A stretch of DNA of 64,000 bases from positions 65,150 through 129,149 of the forward strand of contig JAWBQR010000002.1 of NCBI GenBank assembly GCA_038845265.1, given 5' to 3'. Positions 36,797 through 46,135 of this stretch are shown here, piece after piece; the stretch's first letter is position 1; every line of letters starts with the position of its first letter. The position numbers and the translations under genes were made by a program. The stretch comes from Nitrososphaerota archaeon (lineage in GTDB: Archaea > Thermoproteota > Nitrososphaeria_A > Caldarchaeales > Calditenuaceae). The notes under the pieces were generated by a model that was not told where the DNA came from, did no database searches, and worked only from the letters and a program-made list of their open reading frames with translations.

Positions 36797-37635
36797 TTCT
36801 TCAAGAGCCTCTTGTAGGTACTTGGTCTCCTGTTCTCTAAGAAGCCCCATCCAGTCCTAACTTTTCGATTATGCTCAAAATCAACTTCTGCTAAAAGTAT
36901 TTCTTCATCTTCTTTAGCCATTGCGAGTATTTTGCCAAATGCATCACAGATGAATGAGCTTCCCCAGAAGTTTATCCGCCCCTCTTTACCAGTCCGATTG
37001 ACTGCTGCCACGATAGTTGCATTTGCAATAGCGTGCCCTCTCTGGACATTAATCCACGCTTCTTTCCAATCACCCTCATCCTGCTCAATTCCATCTACTG
37101 TCCCTATCGCTGATGGATAGAAGATAATATCCGCGCCCATGAGTGCATTTATCCTAGCCACCTCAGGAAACCACTGGTCATAGCATATTGAGACTCCGAT
37201 ATTGCCGATTCTGGTCTTAAAGACTCTATATCCAAGATTTCCTGGAGAAAAATAGTTCTTCTCGTAAAAACACTCGTCCTGTGGTAGATGCATCTTTCTA
37301 TACTTACCGAGAAGTCTGCCATTTGAATCGAAGATGAGCGATGTATTATAGAACCGCTTATCAACATACTCGCAGATCGACCCGGAAATCAATATCACTT
37401 CACTCTTCCTAGCCACCTCTGAAAGAGTCCTAGTAACCTCTCCAGGAATTCTTTCCCAATGTGGTGGTTTTCCAGAATCAATCTGTGGAAAATATCGAGT
37501 CAAAAAGAGTTCTGGTAGGCATATGATATTCGCGCCTCTCTCAGCAGCTTCTCTTATCATCGATACTGCCTTACGTAAATTATCACTCACACTCTCCGAC
37601 ATTGACATCTGTATCAAACCTATAATGTGCTTCAA
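36793..37635 (-). CDS. aguB: N-carbamoylputrescine amidase (CN hydrolase family)
   Basis: Nitrilase-superfamily E-K-C triad context (LPELF, YRKMHLP, VSICYDQWFPE). Immediately upstream of aguA. Confidence 0.8.
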   Translation of the reverse strand: MKHIIGLIQMSMSESVSDNLRKAVSMIREAAERGANIICLPELFLTRYFPQIDSGKPPHWERIPGEVTRTLSEVARKSEVILISGSICEYVDKRFYNTSLIFDSNGRLLGKYRKMHLPQDECFYEKNYFSPGNLGYRVFKTRIGNIGVSICYDQWFPEVARINALMGADIIFYPSAIGTVDGIEQDEGDWKEAWINVQRGHAIANATIVAAVNRTGKEGRINFWGSSFICDAFGKILAMAKEDEEILLAEVDFEHNRKVRTGWGFLENRRPSTYKRLLKK

Positions 37636-37760
37636 TTCTCTGTTATATGAAAGTAAAAGTCATCAAGTTTTAACCTTATCTATCCACTTAACATCAAAGA
37701 TAGTAGTCAAAAATTTTTATAAGAATCTCTTGTAGATGTTTTCCTAGTGGGTGTACTTAT

Positions 37761-38942
37761 TTGAGTATTACTGAAAAATCGAATATATCTAGAAAATTGT
37801 TAATGATTCCGGGTCCGAGTGAGTGTTTTCAGGAAGTCTTATCAAGCATGTCTGAGCCGCCTCCCGCACATTATATGGACGATTTTGTAGCAATCTACGA
37901 CGAGGTCATCACACTTCTTAAACAAGTCTTTGGAACTAGAGGCGACGTATTTTTAATTACTGGCTCTGGCTCGGCTGGGCTTGAAGCATCTATAACCAGT
38001 TTAATTGAACCAGGAGAGAAAGTTATTTCGGATGAATACTACTTAAAATTCCTACAAGCAATAGGTGCTAAACCAATTATGCTCCAGAGAGGACGTGGAG
38101 AAGCAATTACGGCAGATATGATTGAGAAGATTTTACGGAGGGAACAGGACATATGTGCTATTGCAGTAGCCCATAACGATACTGCTCAGGGATTAACTAA
38201 CCCAATAGATGAAATAAGTGAGGTCGCTAAGAAATATAGCGTTTTATTAATTATTGACGCTGTCTCATCGTTTGGTGGAATACCAATAAAATTCGATGAC
38301 TGGGGCATCGATATATGTTCATCTGCCTCGCAGAAGGCATTATCTATTCCTCCTGGATTAGTGCCTATTGCTGTGAGCAGATATGCATGGGAAAAAATAA
38401 TGAATAGAAAGAATCCAATACCAAGTAGGTACCTAAACCTGCTGACTTATCGTGAAGCCCATGAGCAATACGGAAGCTGGCATCCAACGCCTTTTACCAC
38501 TTCTCCGACTTTAGTAAAGGCACTACTGGTATCGCTTAGAAAACTTATGGCTGAAGGATTAAACAATGTTTATGAGAGGCATGCTAAGACAGCGATGGCT
38601 GTTAGGGAAGCCGTAAAATCGGCAGGTTTCAAATTACTAGTCATGGACGAGAAATATTCATCTAATACTGTGACAGCTGTTAGATGGCCTGATGGCTATG
38701 ATTATAGAAAGTTTTGGAATCTATTATATAGGAAGTATAATGTTATGATTGGGAATCCGCCAGCCCAGTGGGAGGCCTGGCCCATTTTTAAGGACAGCTT
38801 TAGGATTGGTCACATGGGGAGAACAGCCATGCGGGATTATGTCCTATCTACCATATCAGCTATTGAGAAGGCATTGATTGATATTAATTATCCAATCAAA
38901 AAGGGAGTCATGACTGAGATGGTAGAGGCAATTTTGACATAG
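37761..38942 (+). CDS. class V aminotransferase (serine-pyruvate / alanine-glyoxylate aminotransferase-like)
   Basis: LLMIPGPSE N-terminus and SASQKAL PLP-lysine motif; TTG start. Confidence 0.8.
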   Translation: MSITEKSNISRKLLMIPGPSECFQEVLSSMSEPPPAHYMDDFVAIYDEVITLLKQVFGTRGDVFLITGSGSAGLEASITSLIEPGEKVISDEYYLKFLQAIGAKPIMLQRGRGEAITADMIEKILRREQDICAIAVAHNDTAQGLTNPIDEISEVAKKYSVLLIIDAVSSFGGIPIKFDDWGIDICSSASQKALSIPPGLVPIAVSRYAWEKIMNRKNPIPSRYLNLLTYREAHEQYGSWHPTPFTTSPTLVKALLVSLRKLMAEGLNNVYERHAKTAMAVREAVKSAGFKLLVMDEKYSSNTVTAVRWPDGYDYRKFWNLLYRKYNVMIGNPPAQWEAWPIFKDSFRIGHMGRTAMRDYVLSTISAIEKALIDINYPIKKGVMTEMVEAILT

Positions 38943-38997
38943 AACTATATGTTATCTCTATAAGTAAGTATTTGATTTGCTAGTAAGGTGAAAACTC

Positions 38998-40065
38998 GTG
39001 AACATATTTGAGCAATACTTCTTAGCCATTTTAGTACTGCTTGTCTCACTAGTAATTGGGCTTGCTATTCGTCAAACGTTGAGATACTTATTGAAGAAAT
39101 GGGCGGAACGTACTGAGACAAAGTTAGATGATGTTATTATTAATGCAGTTAAGAACCCAATAATAATTTGGTTTTTATTAGCTGGGATCTACAGTGCTCT
39201 TAATTTCGTTATGATTCCAGAAAGTGTTTTACAATACATCGAGAAGGGGATTCTCGCATTAATTATCTTTTCAATAACTTTCACATTGGCGAGCATTACA
39301 AGTGGCATCATTAAGTACTATGGAGTAAAGCTCGGTATTACGCTTCAGGTCACGGGATTAGGACAGTTTCTCGCAAAGGCTGCTATAATATCGATAGGCA
39401 TAATTATCATTCTCGCAGAGCTTGGAATAGAGATTACTCCACTTATCGCATCGCTAGGTATTGGCGCCTTGGCAGTAGCACTTGCATTGCAGGACACATT
39501 ATCCAATGTCTTTGCGGGCTTTTATGTCTTGGCTGACAAGCCAATCAGGATAGGTGATTATATTATGGTTGAGGGTGCTGGTGAGGGATACGTAATAGAT
39601 ATTGGATGGAGATCAACGAAGATCAGGACGCTTCAAAACAACGTGATAGTAATTCCTAACAAGAAGCTCGCTGATTCTGTCATAACTAATTACTACATGC
39701 CTGACAAGCCCGTCTCTGTACCCATAAGCATAGCTGTCAGTTATAATGAAGATCCGGAACGAGTAGAGAAAATTCTGCTCGATGAGGCCTTGAAGGCCTC
39801 CAAGGAGATTCCTGGAATGCTTGACGACCCCGCACCATTTGTAAGATTCTTACCAGGACCCGGAGAATACTCTCTGAACTTCACCATAATATGTAGAGCT
39901 CGAGAATATACAGATCAATTCCTAATTAGACATGAGATGTATAAGAGGATTTTTAGAAGATTACGTGAAGAGGGGATCGAGATTCCTTTCCCGATCCGCA
40001 CAGTGTATCTTAAGCAAGGGGGCGAAAGAAGAAAACAGAGATCTCGTAAAGCTGGAACCACTTAG
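38998..40065 (+). CDS. mechanosensitive ion channel (MscS family)
   Basis: TM3-like LGIGALAVALALQDTLSNVFAGF, then the beta domain PIRIGDYI. Confidence 0.85.
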   Translation: MNIFEQYFLAILVLLVSLVIGLAIRQTLRYLLKKWAERTETKLDDVIINAVKNPIIIWFLLAGIYSALNFVMIPESVLQYIEKGILALIIFSITFTLASITSGIIKYYGVKLGITLQVTGLGQFLAKAAIISIGIIIILAELGIEITPLIASLGIGALAVALALQDTLSNVFAGFYVLADKPIRIGDYIMVEGAGEGYVIDIGWRSTKIRTLQNNVIVIPNKKLADSVITNYYMPDKPVSVPISIAVSYNEDPERVEKILLDEALKASKEIPGMLDDPAPFVRFLPGPGEYSLNFTIICRAREYTDQFLIRHEMYKRIFRRLREEGIEIPFPIRTVYLKQGGERRKQRSRKAGTT

Positions 40066-40071
40066 CGACTT

Positions 40072-40428
40072 TTAACCGTGCTTATTCTTCTGTTGTGTAG
40101 TTGATTCAATTATCCATTTTAGGTATGAGGCATTTACATTATTTGCTTGCAGCTCTATGAATTCAGGTACTTCGTATGGATGTTCTTTCATAATTACTTC
40201 CTTAAGCAGTTCAACTACCTCTCTTCTAGTTTTAAAGATTAATAATACTTCTTGTGATTCTTCTATTGTCTCTTTCCATCTATAAATAGAGTTGACATTA
40301 ATTATATTTACACATGCTGCTAGATTTCTTTCAATTATGCTTCTGCACCATGCTCGATAATTAGCGTCTGCGGGATACGTGACTAATATAAGAGATAGGG
40401 TTTGTCCAGAAGAATTTTTCATAGACAT
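40072..40428 (-). CDS. cutA: divalent-cation tolerance protein CutA
   Basis: LAACVNIINVNSIYRWKETIEESQEVLLIFKT motif. Its start directly abuts the stop of the upstream PLD gene. Confidence 0.85.
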   Translation of the reverse strand: MSMKNSSGQTLSLILVTYPADANYRAWCRSIIERNLAACVNIINVNSIYRWKETIEESQEVLLIFKTRREVVELLKEVIMKEHPYEVPEFIELQANNVNASYLKWIIESTTQQKNKHG

Positions 40429-41085
40429 TTACTTCGCCTCTTTCCAGACTCTCTCGAACTCTTTTCTGTAAAGCTGGGCTACTTCTTCGTCTCTTAACAC
40501 GACGAGATTTTCATCATTTTTATCCTCAGCGGCTGCCGACCAGTTATAGCTACCAGTAATCACGACCTCATCATCAATAACGGCGAATTTGTGATGCATC
40601 AAGTCAGGATTTCCATCAATCCTAATATCTACTCCTGCATTTTTTAGTCTCTCATATTCGGATCCCCTAACATTAGCCTGCTGCTCCTCTAATACCACTT
40701 TTACATCTACTCCACGATTTTTTAGCTCTATCAAGACGTCTGCTAACGGGTCGCTCGTAAAAGAGTAAACAGCCACATAGACGTATCGTTTAGCCTCATC
40801 TAAAATATCAATAATTATTGTGTCGCACTTCTCAGGCCTGGAAAAGCAGACAAAAGAGACAGCTCTAGAAGTCTCTTCCTGAGGGGTAGTAATTGTTGAT
40901 GTCTCTCGCAGAGTGGTCGTTACTGTTGTTTGAATAGTGAAGGTTTTGCTGGTTATCTCGTGGATAGTAGTTGTTCTATACTCAGTCAGGATAGTAGTCC
41001 TAGGCGTTATGCCTGAGGCAAGGCTTCCAAAGATTAAGCCAGTAACAAATACAATAATTACTATAATAGCGGTAGTCGCTTTCAT
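40429..41085 (-). CDS. membrane-anchored phospholipase D family nuclease (single HKD, Nuc-like)
   Basis: N-terminal TM helix AIIVIIVFVTGLIFGSLA, a Thr-rich linker, then HHKFAVIDDEVVITGSYNWSAAAEDKNDEN (HxK..D / GSxN HKD motif). Confidence 0.8.
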   Translation of the reverse strand: MKATTAIIVIIVFVTGLIFGSLASGITPRTTILTEYRTTTIHEITSKTFTIQTTVTTTLRETSTITTPQEETSRAVSFVCFSRPEKCDTIIIDILDEAKRYVYVAVYSFTSDPLADVLIELKNRGVDVKVVLEEQQANVRGSEYERLKNAGVDIRIDGNPDLMHHKFAVIDDEVVITGSYNWSAAAEDKNDENLVVLRDEEVAQLYRKEFERVWKEAK

Positions 41086-41118
41086 GAATAGAGTTTTCTT
41101 AGGCGGAGTTTTTATAAT

Positions 41119-41844
41119 TTATGGAAGCGTAACTATGGATTTTATTTGGCATGTCATTCCCAATTCTTCTCTGAGTTTTTCAGCCATGCCCTCGATCATT
41201 GCTATTGAGAAGACGCCCACGATATTTCCTCCTGCTCTCTCAGTTAGTCTTGCAAGAGTGATTACAGTCTTACCACTCCTTATCAAGTCGTCGACTATTA
41301 ATACGTTTTCACCCCTCTTGATTGCTCTTCTAGGGATGTATAGATATTCGATAATCGGTGGAGTGCGTATTATTTTTTCCTCTAGGCAGTCCCTGACGCT
41401 TAGGTCTTTACGTTGCTTCGCTATTATTAGATCTACATTAAATTCGTTTGCGACTTCTACGGCTATTGGTATGCCATCCGCAGCGACGGTGAGGAGCTTA
41501 TTTACTGGCACGTAGCTAAACTCGTTAAAGGCGACTTTCCCAATTAATTTTTGTAGCCTTATATCCTTCACTACTTCATATAGGTCGTAGAACCCCTCTT
41601 CTGTTCTTGTGATTTTGGCCTTTATCATCTCTGTCAGCATCTTCTCGCTGAATAGGGATATTATTCGTTCTGACCTGCTCTTATTAGGCAATACTCTGCC
41701 CTTTACGTATCTACAAAGTATTGATGGTGGAAGCTCAAGCATCTCTGAGAGTAACTTATAATCATATTTCTTCTTAAGTAGCCCTAAAAGCTCGATAGCA
41801 TTTAGCCTAAGCTTAAGCATGTCTATGCGTGATTTACTATCCAA
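41119..41844 (-). CDS. HTH-domain phosphoribosyltransferase-fold regulator (PyrE-like/GfcR-like architecture)
   Basis: N-terminal HTH (LSEMLELPPSILCRYVKGRVLP) plus an intact PRPP loop ENVLIVDDLIRSGKTV. Confidence 0.7.
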   Translation of the reverse strand: MDSKSRIDMLKLRLNAIELLGLLKKKYDYKLLSEMLELPPSILCRYVKGRVLPNKSRSERIISLFSEKMLTEMIKAKITRTEEGFYDLYEVVKDIRLQKLIGKVAFNEFSYVPVNKLLTVAADGIPIAVEVANEFNVDLIIAKQRKDLSVRDCLEEKIIRTPPIIEYLYIPRRAIKRGENVLIVDDLIRSGKTVITLARLTERAGGNIVGVFSIAMIEGMAEKLREELGMTCQIKSIVTLP

Positions 41845-41990
41845 TCTTTATACACCACTTTGATAACTACTTCATGTTATTCCTCCATGAATTTATACAT
41901 TTATGGAATGGTGGACTTTAGTGTACCGGTTTATATCATAGATGGTCTTCCAAGAAACGTAGACCATGCATAACAATTCAAAATGAGAAA

Positions 41991-42818
41991 ATGGTGTTGA
42001 GTTTGGATTGGCTTCTACTCGCGTTTGAGCTGGTCGGTCTCGGAGTAGCAGTCGGAGCGGCGGGAACACTAGTCGGCATCGGCGGTGGATTCATCGTCGT
42101 CCCAATACTTCTAACGGTATTTCACTTCGAGCCAGGAATGGCTGCAGGCACAAGCATGGTAATGATCTTCTTTAACTCTCTTTCGGGGTCAATAGCATAC
42201 TTGAGGCAGAGAAGAGTTGACCTACTGGTCGGCATATCTATGGCCTTATCGACCATTCCAGGAACAATCATCGGAGGAATCGCTGTGGGACTCTTTGACA
42301 CCTCGAGTTTCAGATTGGCATTTGCAATATTGCTACTCTCCGCCTCGCTATACATGATGTTTAGGCCTGCGAAATTTGAAGGTGGATCAGGGATAAAAAA
42401 ATGGAGCACTCTGAGAAGAATAGTTGATAATTCGGGGCATGAATATTCGTATGTGTTTAATATACCTATTGGAGCGGTAATTAGCTTCTTTGTCGGAATA
42501 TTGGCGAATATGTTTGGCATTGGTGGCGGAATAATTCATGTCCCAACAATGATTCTTCTCTTTGGCGTTCCTACACATGTAGCGACTGCGACTTCTCACT
42601 TTATATTGATGGTTACGTCGTTTTCTGGATTGGGTGTTCATTTACAGCTCGGCAATATAGATTTATCCACTGCTATTCCGCTTGGGCTAGGAGCAGTAAT
42701 AGGCGCTCAGCTGGGTGCTAGAATCTCTCAGCGGGTCAGGGGTAGGACCCTCGAGCGTATTTTCTCAGTCTTTCTTATGGCCCTAGTGGTCAGGCTAATA
42801 CTCCAAAATGTTATATAG
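41991..42818 (+). CDS. TauE/SafE family sulfite/anion exporter
   Basis: Polytopic protein with two internal repeats carrying GIGGGFIVVP and GIGGGIIHVP. Confidence 0.8.
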   Translation: MVLSLDWLLLAFELVGLGVAVGAAGTLVGIGGGFIVVPILLTVFHFEPGMAAGTSMVMIFFNSLSGSIAYLRQRRVDLLVGISMALSTIPGTIIGGIAVGLFDTSSFRLAFAILLLSASLYMMFRPAKFEGGSGIKKWSTLRRIVDNSGHEYSYVFNIPIGAVISFFVGILANMFGIGGGIIHVPTMILLFGVPTHVATATSHFILMVTSFSGLGVHLQLGNIDLSTAIPLGLGAVIGAQLGARISQRVRGRTLERIFSVFLMALVVRLILQNVI

Positions 42819-42859
42819 GTCTAGGCGTTTTTTGGTGAAAAGGACACGCCATATATGGG

Positions 42860-43819
42860 GTGAAAGAATCTGTGGTCGAGGTTGTATGCATTGGAGAACC
42901 AATAGTACAGTTTAACGCAGTAACGCCTGGGCCACTGAGGTATGTAAATCTATTTGAGAAACATGTTGGGGGCCCAGAGACCACGGTCGCTGTGTGTGTT
43001 AGAAGGCTTGAGCATGCGTCAGGCCTAATCGGAAGGGTTGGTGATGACGAGTTAGGCCATTTTATCACGAGTTGGTTGAGGGGGGTCGACGTTGATACTT
43101 CTTACGTCAAGGTTGACTCTTCAGGCCCTACTGCCATATGTCTCGTACAGAGAGGCTACCCAATACCCGGGAGAAGCAAAGTACAATATTACAGAAAGGG
43201 CTCTGCAGGTAGCCGGCTTGCACCTGAGGATATTGATAAGGAATTTATCTCTGGAGCGAGGGTTGTCCATCTATCTGGGGTAACGCCTGCTATTAGTCAA
43301 TCAGCGACGGATGCATGCCTGAAGGCCATAGTGACGGCTGGAGAGAACGGCGTCCTAGTCTCACTTGATACTCAGATTAGGCCTCAGCTGTGGGAGTCCC
43401 TCGATGACGCTGCATCAGTAATCATGAAGTTCGTCGAGTTTGCAAATATACTCTTCACAGATCTGGGAGACGCTGAAATATTGATAGGTGAGAGCAATCC
43501 AGAGAGGGTTATCCAAGTATTCAAGAGTATAGGAGTAGATGTTGTCGTGTTAAGACTCGGTGAACGTGGAGCTATTGCGTCTCGTGGGTCTGAACTGGCC
43601 GAGGCTGAGCCCTTACCAATTAGTATAGAGGACCCATTGGGTGCTGGTGAGGCGTTGGCTGGCACCTTTTTATCATGCCTTATTGAGGGACGAAGCCTCT
43701 TTGAATCTCTTCGAAAATCAATGATATCTTGGTCTCTTGTTGCATCTATTAGGGGTGAGCAGACAAATCTGCCGACTAGCCGTGATCTTGACGGTGCATT
43801 TCGCGCACTTTACCCATGA
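42860..43819 (+). CDS. PfkB family sugar kinase (2-keto-3-deoxygluconate kinase-like)
   Basis: N-terminal GEPIV..., GGPETTVA, and C-terminal DPLGAGEALAG (GAGD-type) motif; GTG start. Confidence 0.8.
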   Translation: MKESVVEVVCIGEPIVQFNAVTPGPLRYVNLFEKHVGGPETTVAVCVRRLEHASGLIGRVGDDELGHFITSWLRGVDVDTSYVKVDSSGPTAICLVQRGYPIPGRSKVQYYRKGSAGSRLAPEDIDKEFISGARVVHLSGVTPAISQSATDACLKAIVTAGENGVLVSLDTQIRPQLWESLDDAASVIMKFVEFANILFTDLGDAEILIGESNPERVIQVFKSIGVDVVVLRLGERGAIASRGSELAEAEPLPISIEDPLGAGEALAGTFLSCLIEGRSLFESLRKSMISWSLVASIRGEQTNLPTSRDLDGAFRALYP

Positions 43820-44657
43820 GTAATACTGAGTAAAGAATTATCGATATAGTTATCCAAGAAGTGTAGGCTATCGGTCCTAGCCCAGCAATCTCTCTGGGTA
43901 ACTCAGTGGTTATAATTGTCAAGCCCCATACTGCATTTATCGAGCCGTGAAGCGACGCCGCTGGTAAGACACTTGAGGATATTCTTCTCACTAATACATG
44001 TGGTAGTGTGGCTGAAATTGTATATATTGTAAAGAGAAGTACTCCTGCCAACCTATTGTCGGGATAATTATGTCCTAGAAGAATTATTGCTGATGCATGC
44101 CAAATGCCCCAGATGGCACCCACTAAAATCGATGCCTTGACGAGACTCATACCGGTAGATTGAAACTTATCCAGTAAGTATCCCCTCCATCCGATTTCTT
44201 CTCCTAAGGCAAAAATAGCGTTAAGGGTCAAAGATATGATATATGCATTAAAAAACGTAAGTGCCATAAATGCAGGAAAATCAATTGATGAAACGGCTAA
44301 AAGGCTCGTTATTTGGCTCAGCGTAAAGTTTCCCGTAACGATGAGGATGGCCAAATATATGGATAGTGCTGCGAATGTTATAAATGGAGCAGCAAGATAT
44401 GTAATGGCAACTCTGCCATTTATTCGTAAATATTTTTTTAGGCTGGATGGACCGCATAAAACTAGTACGGCCACAGTCGGTGAATACATCCTTAAAAATC
44501 CCCAAGCTAGGATGCTTGTCTGGCTCTGGAGGTTGCCAATGAAATAGAATACGTAATCGACAATAAGAGCAAGCAAAGTAGCTATCAATGAATAAACAAG
44601 TATATCTCTCAAATCCTTTGCAATCAAAATACGCTCACATAATTCAACGCTGAACAA
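43776..44657 (-). CDS. CPBP family intramembrane glutamic endopeptidase
   Basis: EEIGWRGYL, WGIWHAS and SLHGSINA motifs. Its 3' end overlaps the convergent kinase gene by 44 nt. Confidence 0.8.
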   Translation of the reverse strand: MFSVELCERILIAKDLRDILVYSLIATLLALIVDYVFYFIGNLQSQTSILAWGFLRMYSPTVAVLVLCGPSSLKKYLRINGRVAITYLAAPFITFAALSIYLAILIVTGNFTLSQITSLLAVSSIDFPAFMALTFFNAYIISLTLNAIFALGEEIGWRGYLLDKFQSTGMSLVKASILVGAIWGIWHASAIILLGHNYPDNRLAGVLLFTIYTISATLPHVLVRRISSSVLPAASLHGSINAVWGLTIITTELPREIAGLGPIAYTSWITISIILYSVLLMGKVREMHRQDHG

Positions 44658-44720
44658 ATATTTAAAAACATCATTGAACGGCGTTCAGGATAAAAGTAAG
44701 TATGCTGGGATTTTAGTTAG

Positions 44721-46133
44721 ATGTCGGTCGTCGAGGAAGTATTAGAGAAGGTTGCTGTTCTAGTTGAGCCGAACGAGGAGGAGAGAAAAAGGCTTAATGA
44801 AATTGCTTCACTGCTTCTTGAGGAGTGTAGGTCAAGGTTTAACACGGTTGAGGGATTTGTATCTGCATCGATTGAGGGCTCAGCAGCAAAGGATACATGG
44901 CTGAAGAGCAAGCCCGAGTTAGATATATTCATTCATTTCTTGCCCGGGGTTAGCCGCGAAGCGATGGAAGAGGCAGTCATCAAGATTGGCGGAGAGGTTA
45001 TGAGAAGGATCGGTGGGCAAAGCAGGCTTAGATATGCCGAGCACCCCTACGTTGAAGGATTCATTGACAATATCACTGTAAATATCGTTGGTTGCTACGA
45101 AGTGTCCATTGGGAAGTGGATAAGCGCCGTAGATAGGACTCCCTACCACACCCAATACGTAAACTCCCGGCTTACTCCGACACTTAGAAGAGACGTCAGA
45201 ATTCTGAAGAGCTTCTTGACCAGCGCTGAGATTTACGGCGCAGAGATCAAGGTAGGTGGATTCAGTGGATATCTATCAGAACTCTTAATAATTCATTATG
45301 GGGGGTTTTTAGAACTGTTAAAATCCGCCTCTCGTTGGAGACCACCAGTAATAATAGACATAGAAGGAAAAGTGAATAAGAAAGAAGCCTTGACCCTCTT
45401 CTCCAAATCGCCCTTAATAGTGATTGACCCAGTAGATAAGAATAGAAATGTAGCCTCTGCCGTCACCCTAACAAAGCTCTCAGAATTCATACTTGCATCT
45501 AAGATTTTTCTCAAAAATCCATCAACAAGCTATTTCATGGATAAACCAATGCTGGTACCAGATAAGCTTGAATCTCTCGCTGAGGGTAGGGAGCTCTTCG
45601 CAATAGTGTTCAACCTAGAGGAATACATTCCTCCAGATGTTATCTGGGGCGAGCTACGAAGATCGGCAGAGGGAATAAAAAAGAGATTCGAGATGGCGGG
45701 TTTTGATGTTTATAGCTATGGCATAAACGAGCACGAGGGCTCAGTCGCAATCATATTTGAACTTGATAAGCTTAGTCTTCCAGCTCGATTCGTGCATAGA
45801 GGGCCACCGGTCTGGATGGATGATGCATTAAGATTCGTTAAGAAACATCTATCAAGCCCAGATACAGTGGCCGGTCCATGGATAGAGGATGATAGAGTCT
45901 ACGTTCTAAAGAAGCGTGAAGAAACAATGGTGGACATGCTTCTGAAAAAATGGTTAGCTCAGGCTGAAGTCTCAATATCTAAGCAGCTCTACAAGGCCTT
46001 CAGCTCCTCAAGAATGATAGTCGGTTGGAAGGAAGTTCTAAAAATACTTGGAACTGGAATACATGCACCATTCCTTAACAAGTTCTTGACATCTAGACCA
46101 GTCTTCATGGATCATATTCTTAGGAAGGACTGA
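44721..46133 (+). CDS. cca: CCA-adding enzyme (archaeal class I tRNA nucleotidyltransferase)
   Basis: IEGSAAKDTWL and DIFIHF catalytic motifs, RTPYH; 470 aa. Confidence 0.9.
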   Translation: MSVVEEVLEKVAVLVEPNEEERKRLNEIASLLLEECRSRFNTVEGFVSASIEGSAAKDTWLKSKPELDIFIHFLPGVSREAMEEAVIKIGGEVMRRIGGQSRLRYAEHPYVEGFIDNITVNIVGCYEVSIGKWISAVDRTPYHTQYVNSRLTPTLRRDVRILKSFLTSAEIYGAEIKVGGFSGYLSELLIIHYGGFLELLKSASRWRPPVIIDIEGKVNKKEALTLFSKSPLIVIDPVDKNRNVASAVTLTKLSEFILASKIFLKNPSTSYFMDKPMLVPDKLESLAEGRELFAIVFNLEEYIPPDVIWGELRRSAEGIKKRFEMAGFDVYSYGINEHEGSVAIIFELDKLSLPARFVHRGPPVWMDDALRFVKKHLSSPDTVAGPWIEDDRVYVLKKREETMVDMLLKKWLAQAEVSISKQLYKAFSSSRMIVGWKEVLKILGTGIHAPFLNKFLTSRPVFMDHILRKD

Positions 46134-46135
46134 AT

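Noticed and set aside
45505-45517. Third copy of the TTTTTCTCAAAAA motif
   Set aside because: It lies inside the cca coding sequence (encoding KIFLKNP), so it is not a terminator here. It weakens the case that the motif is a dedicated signal.
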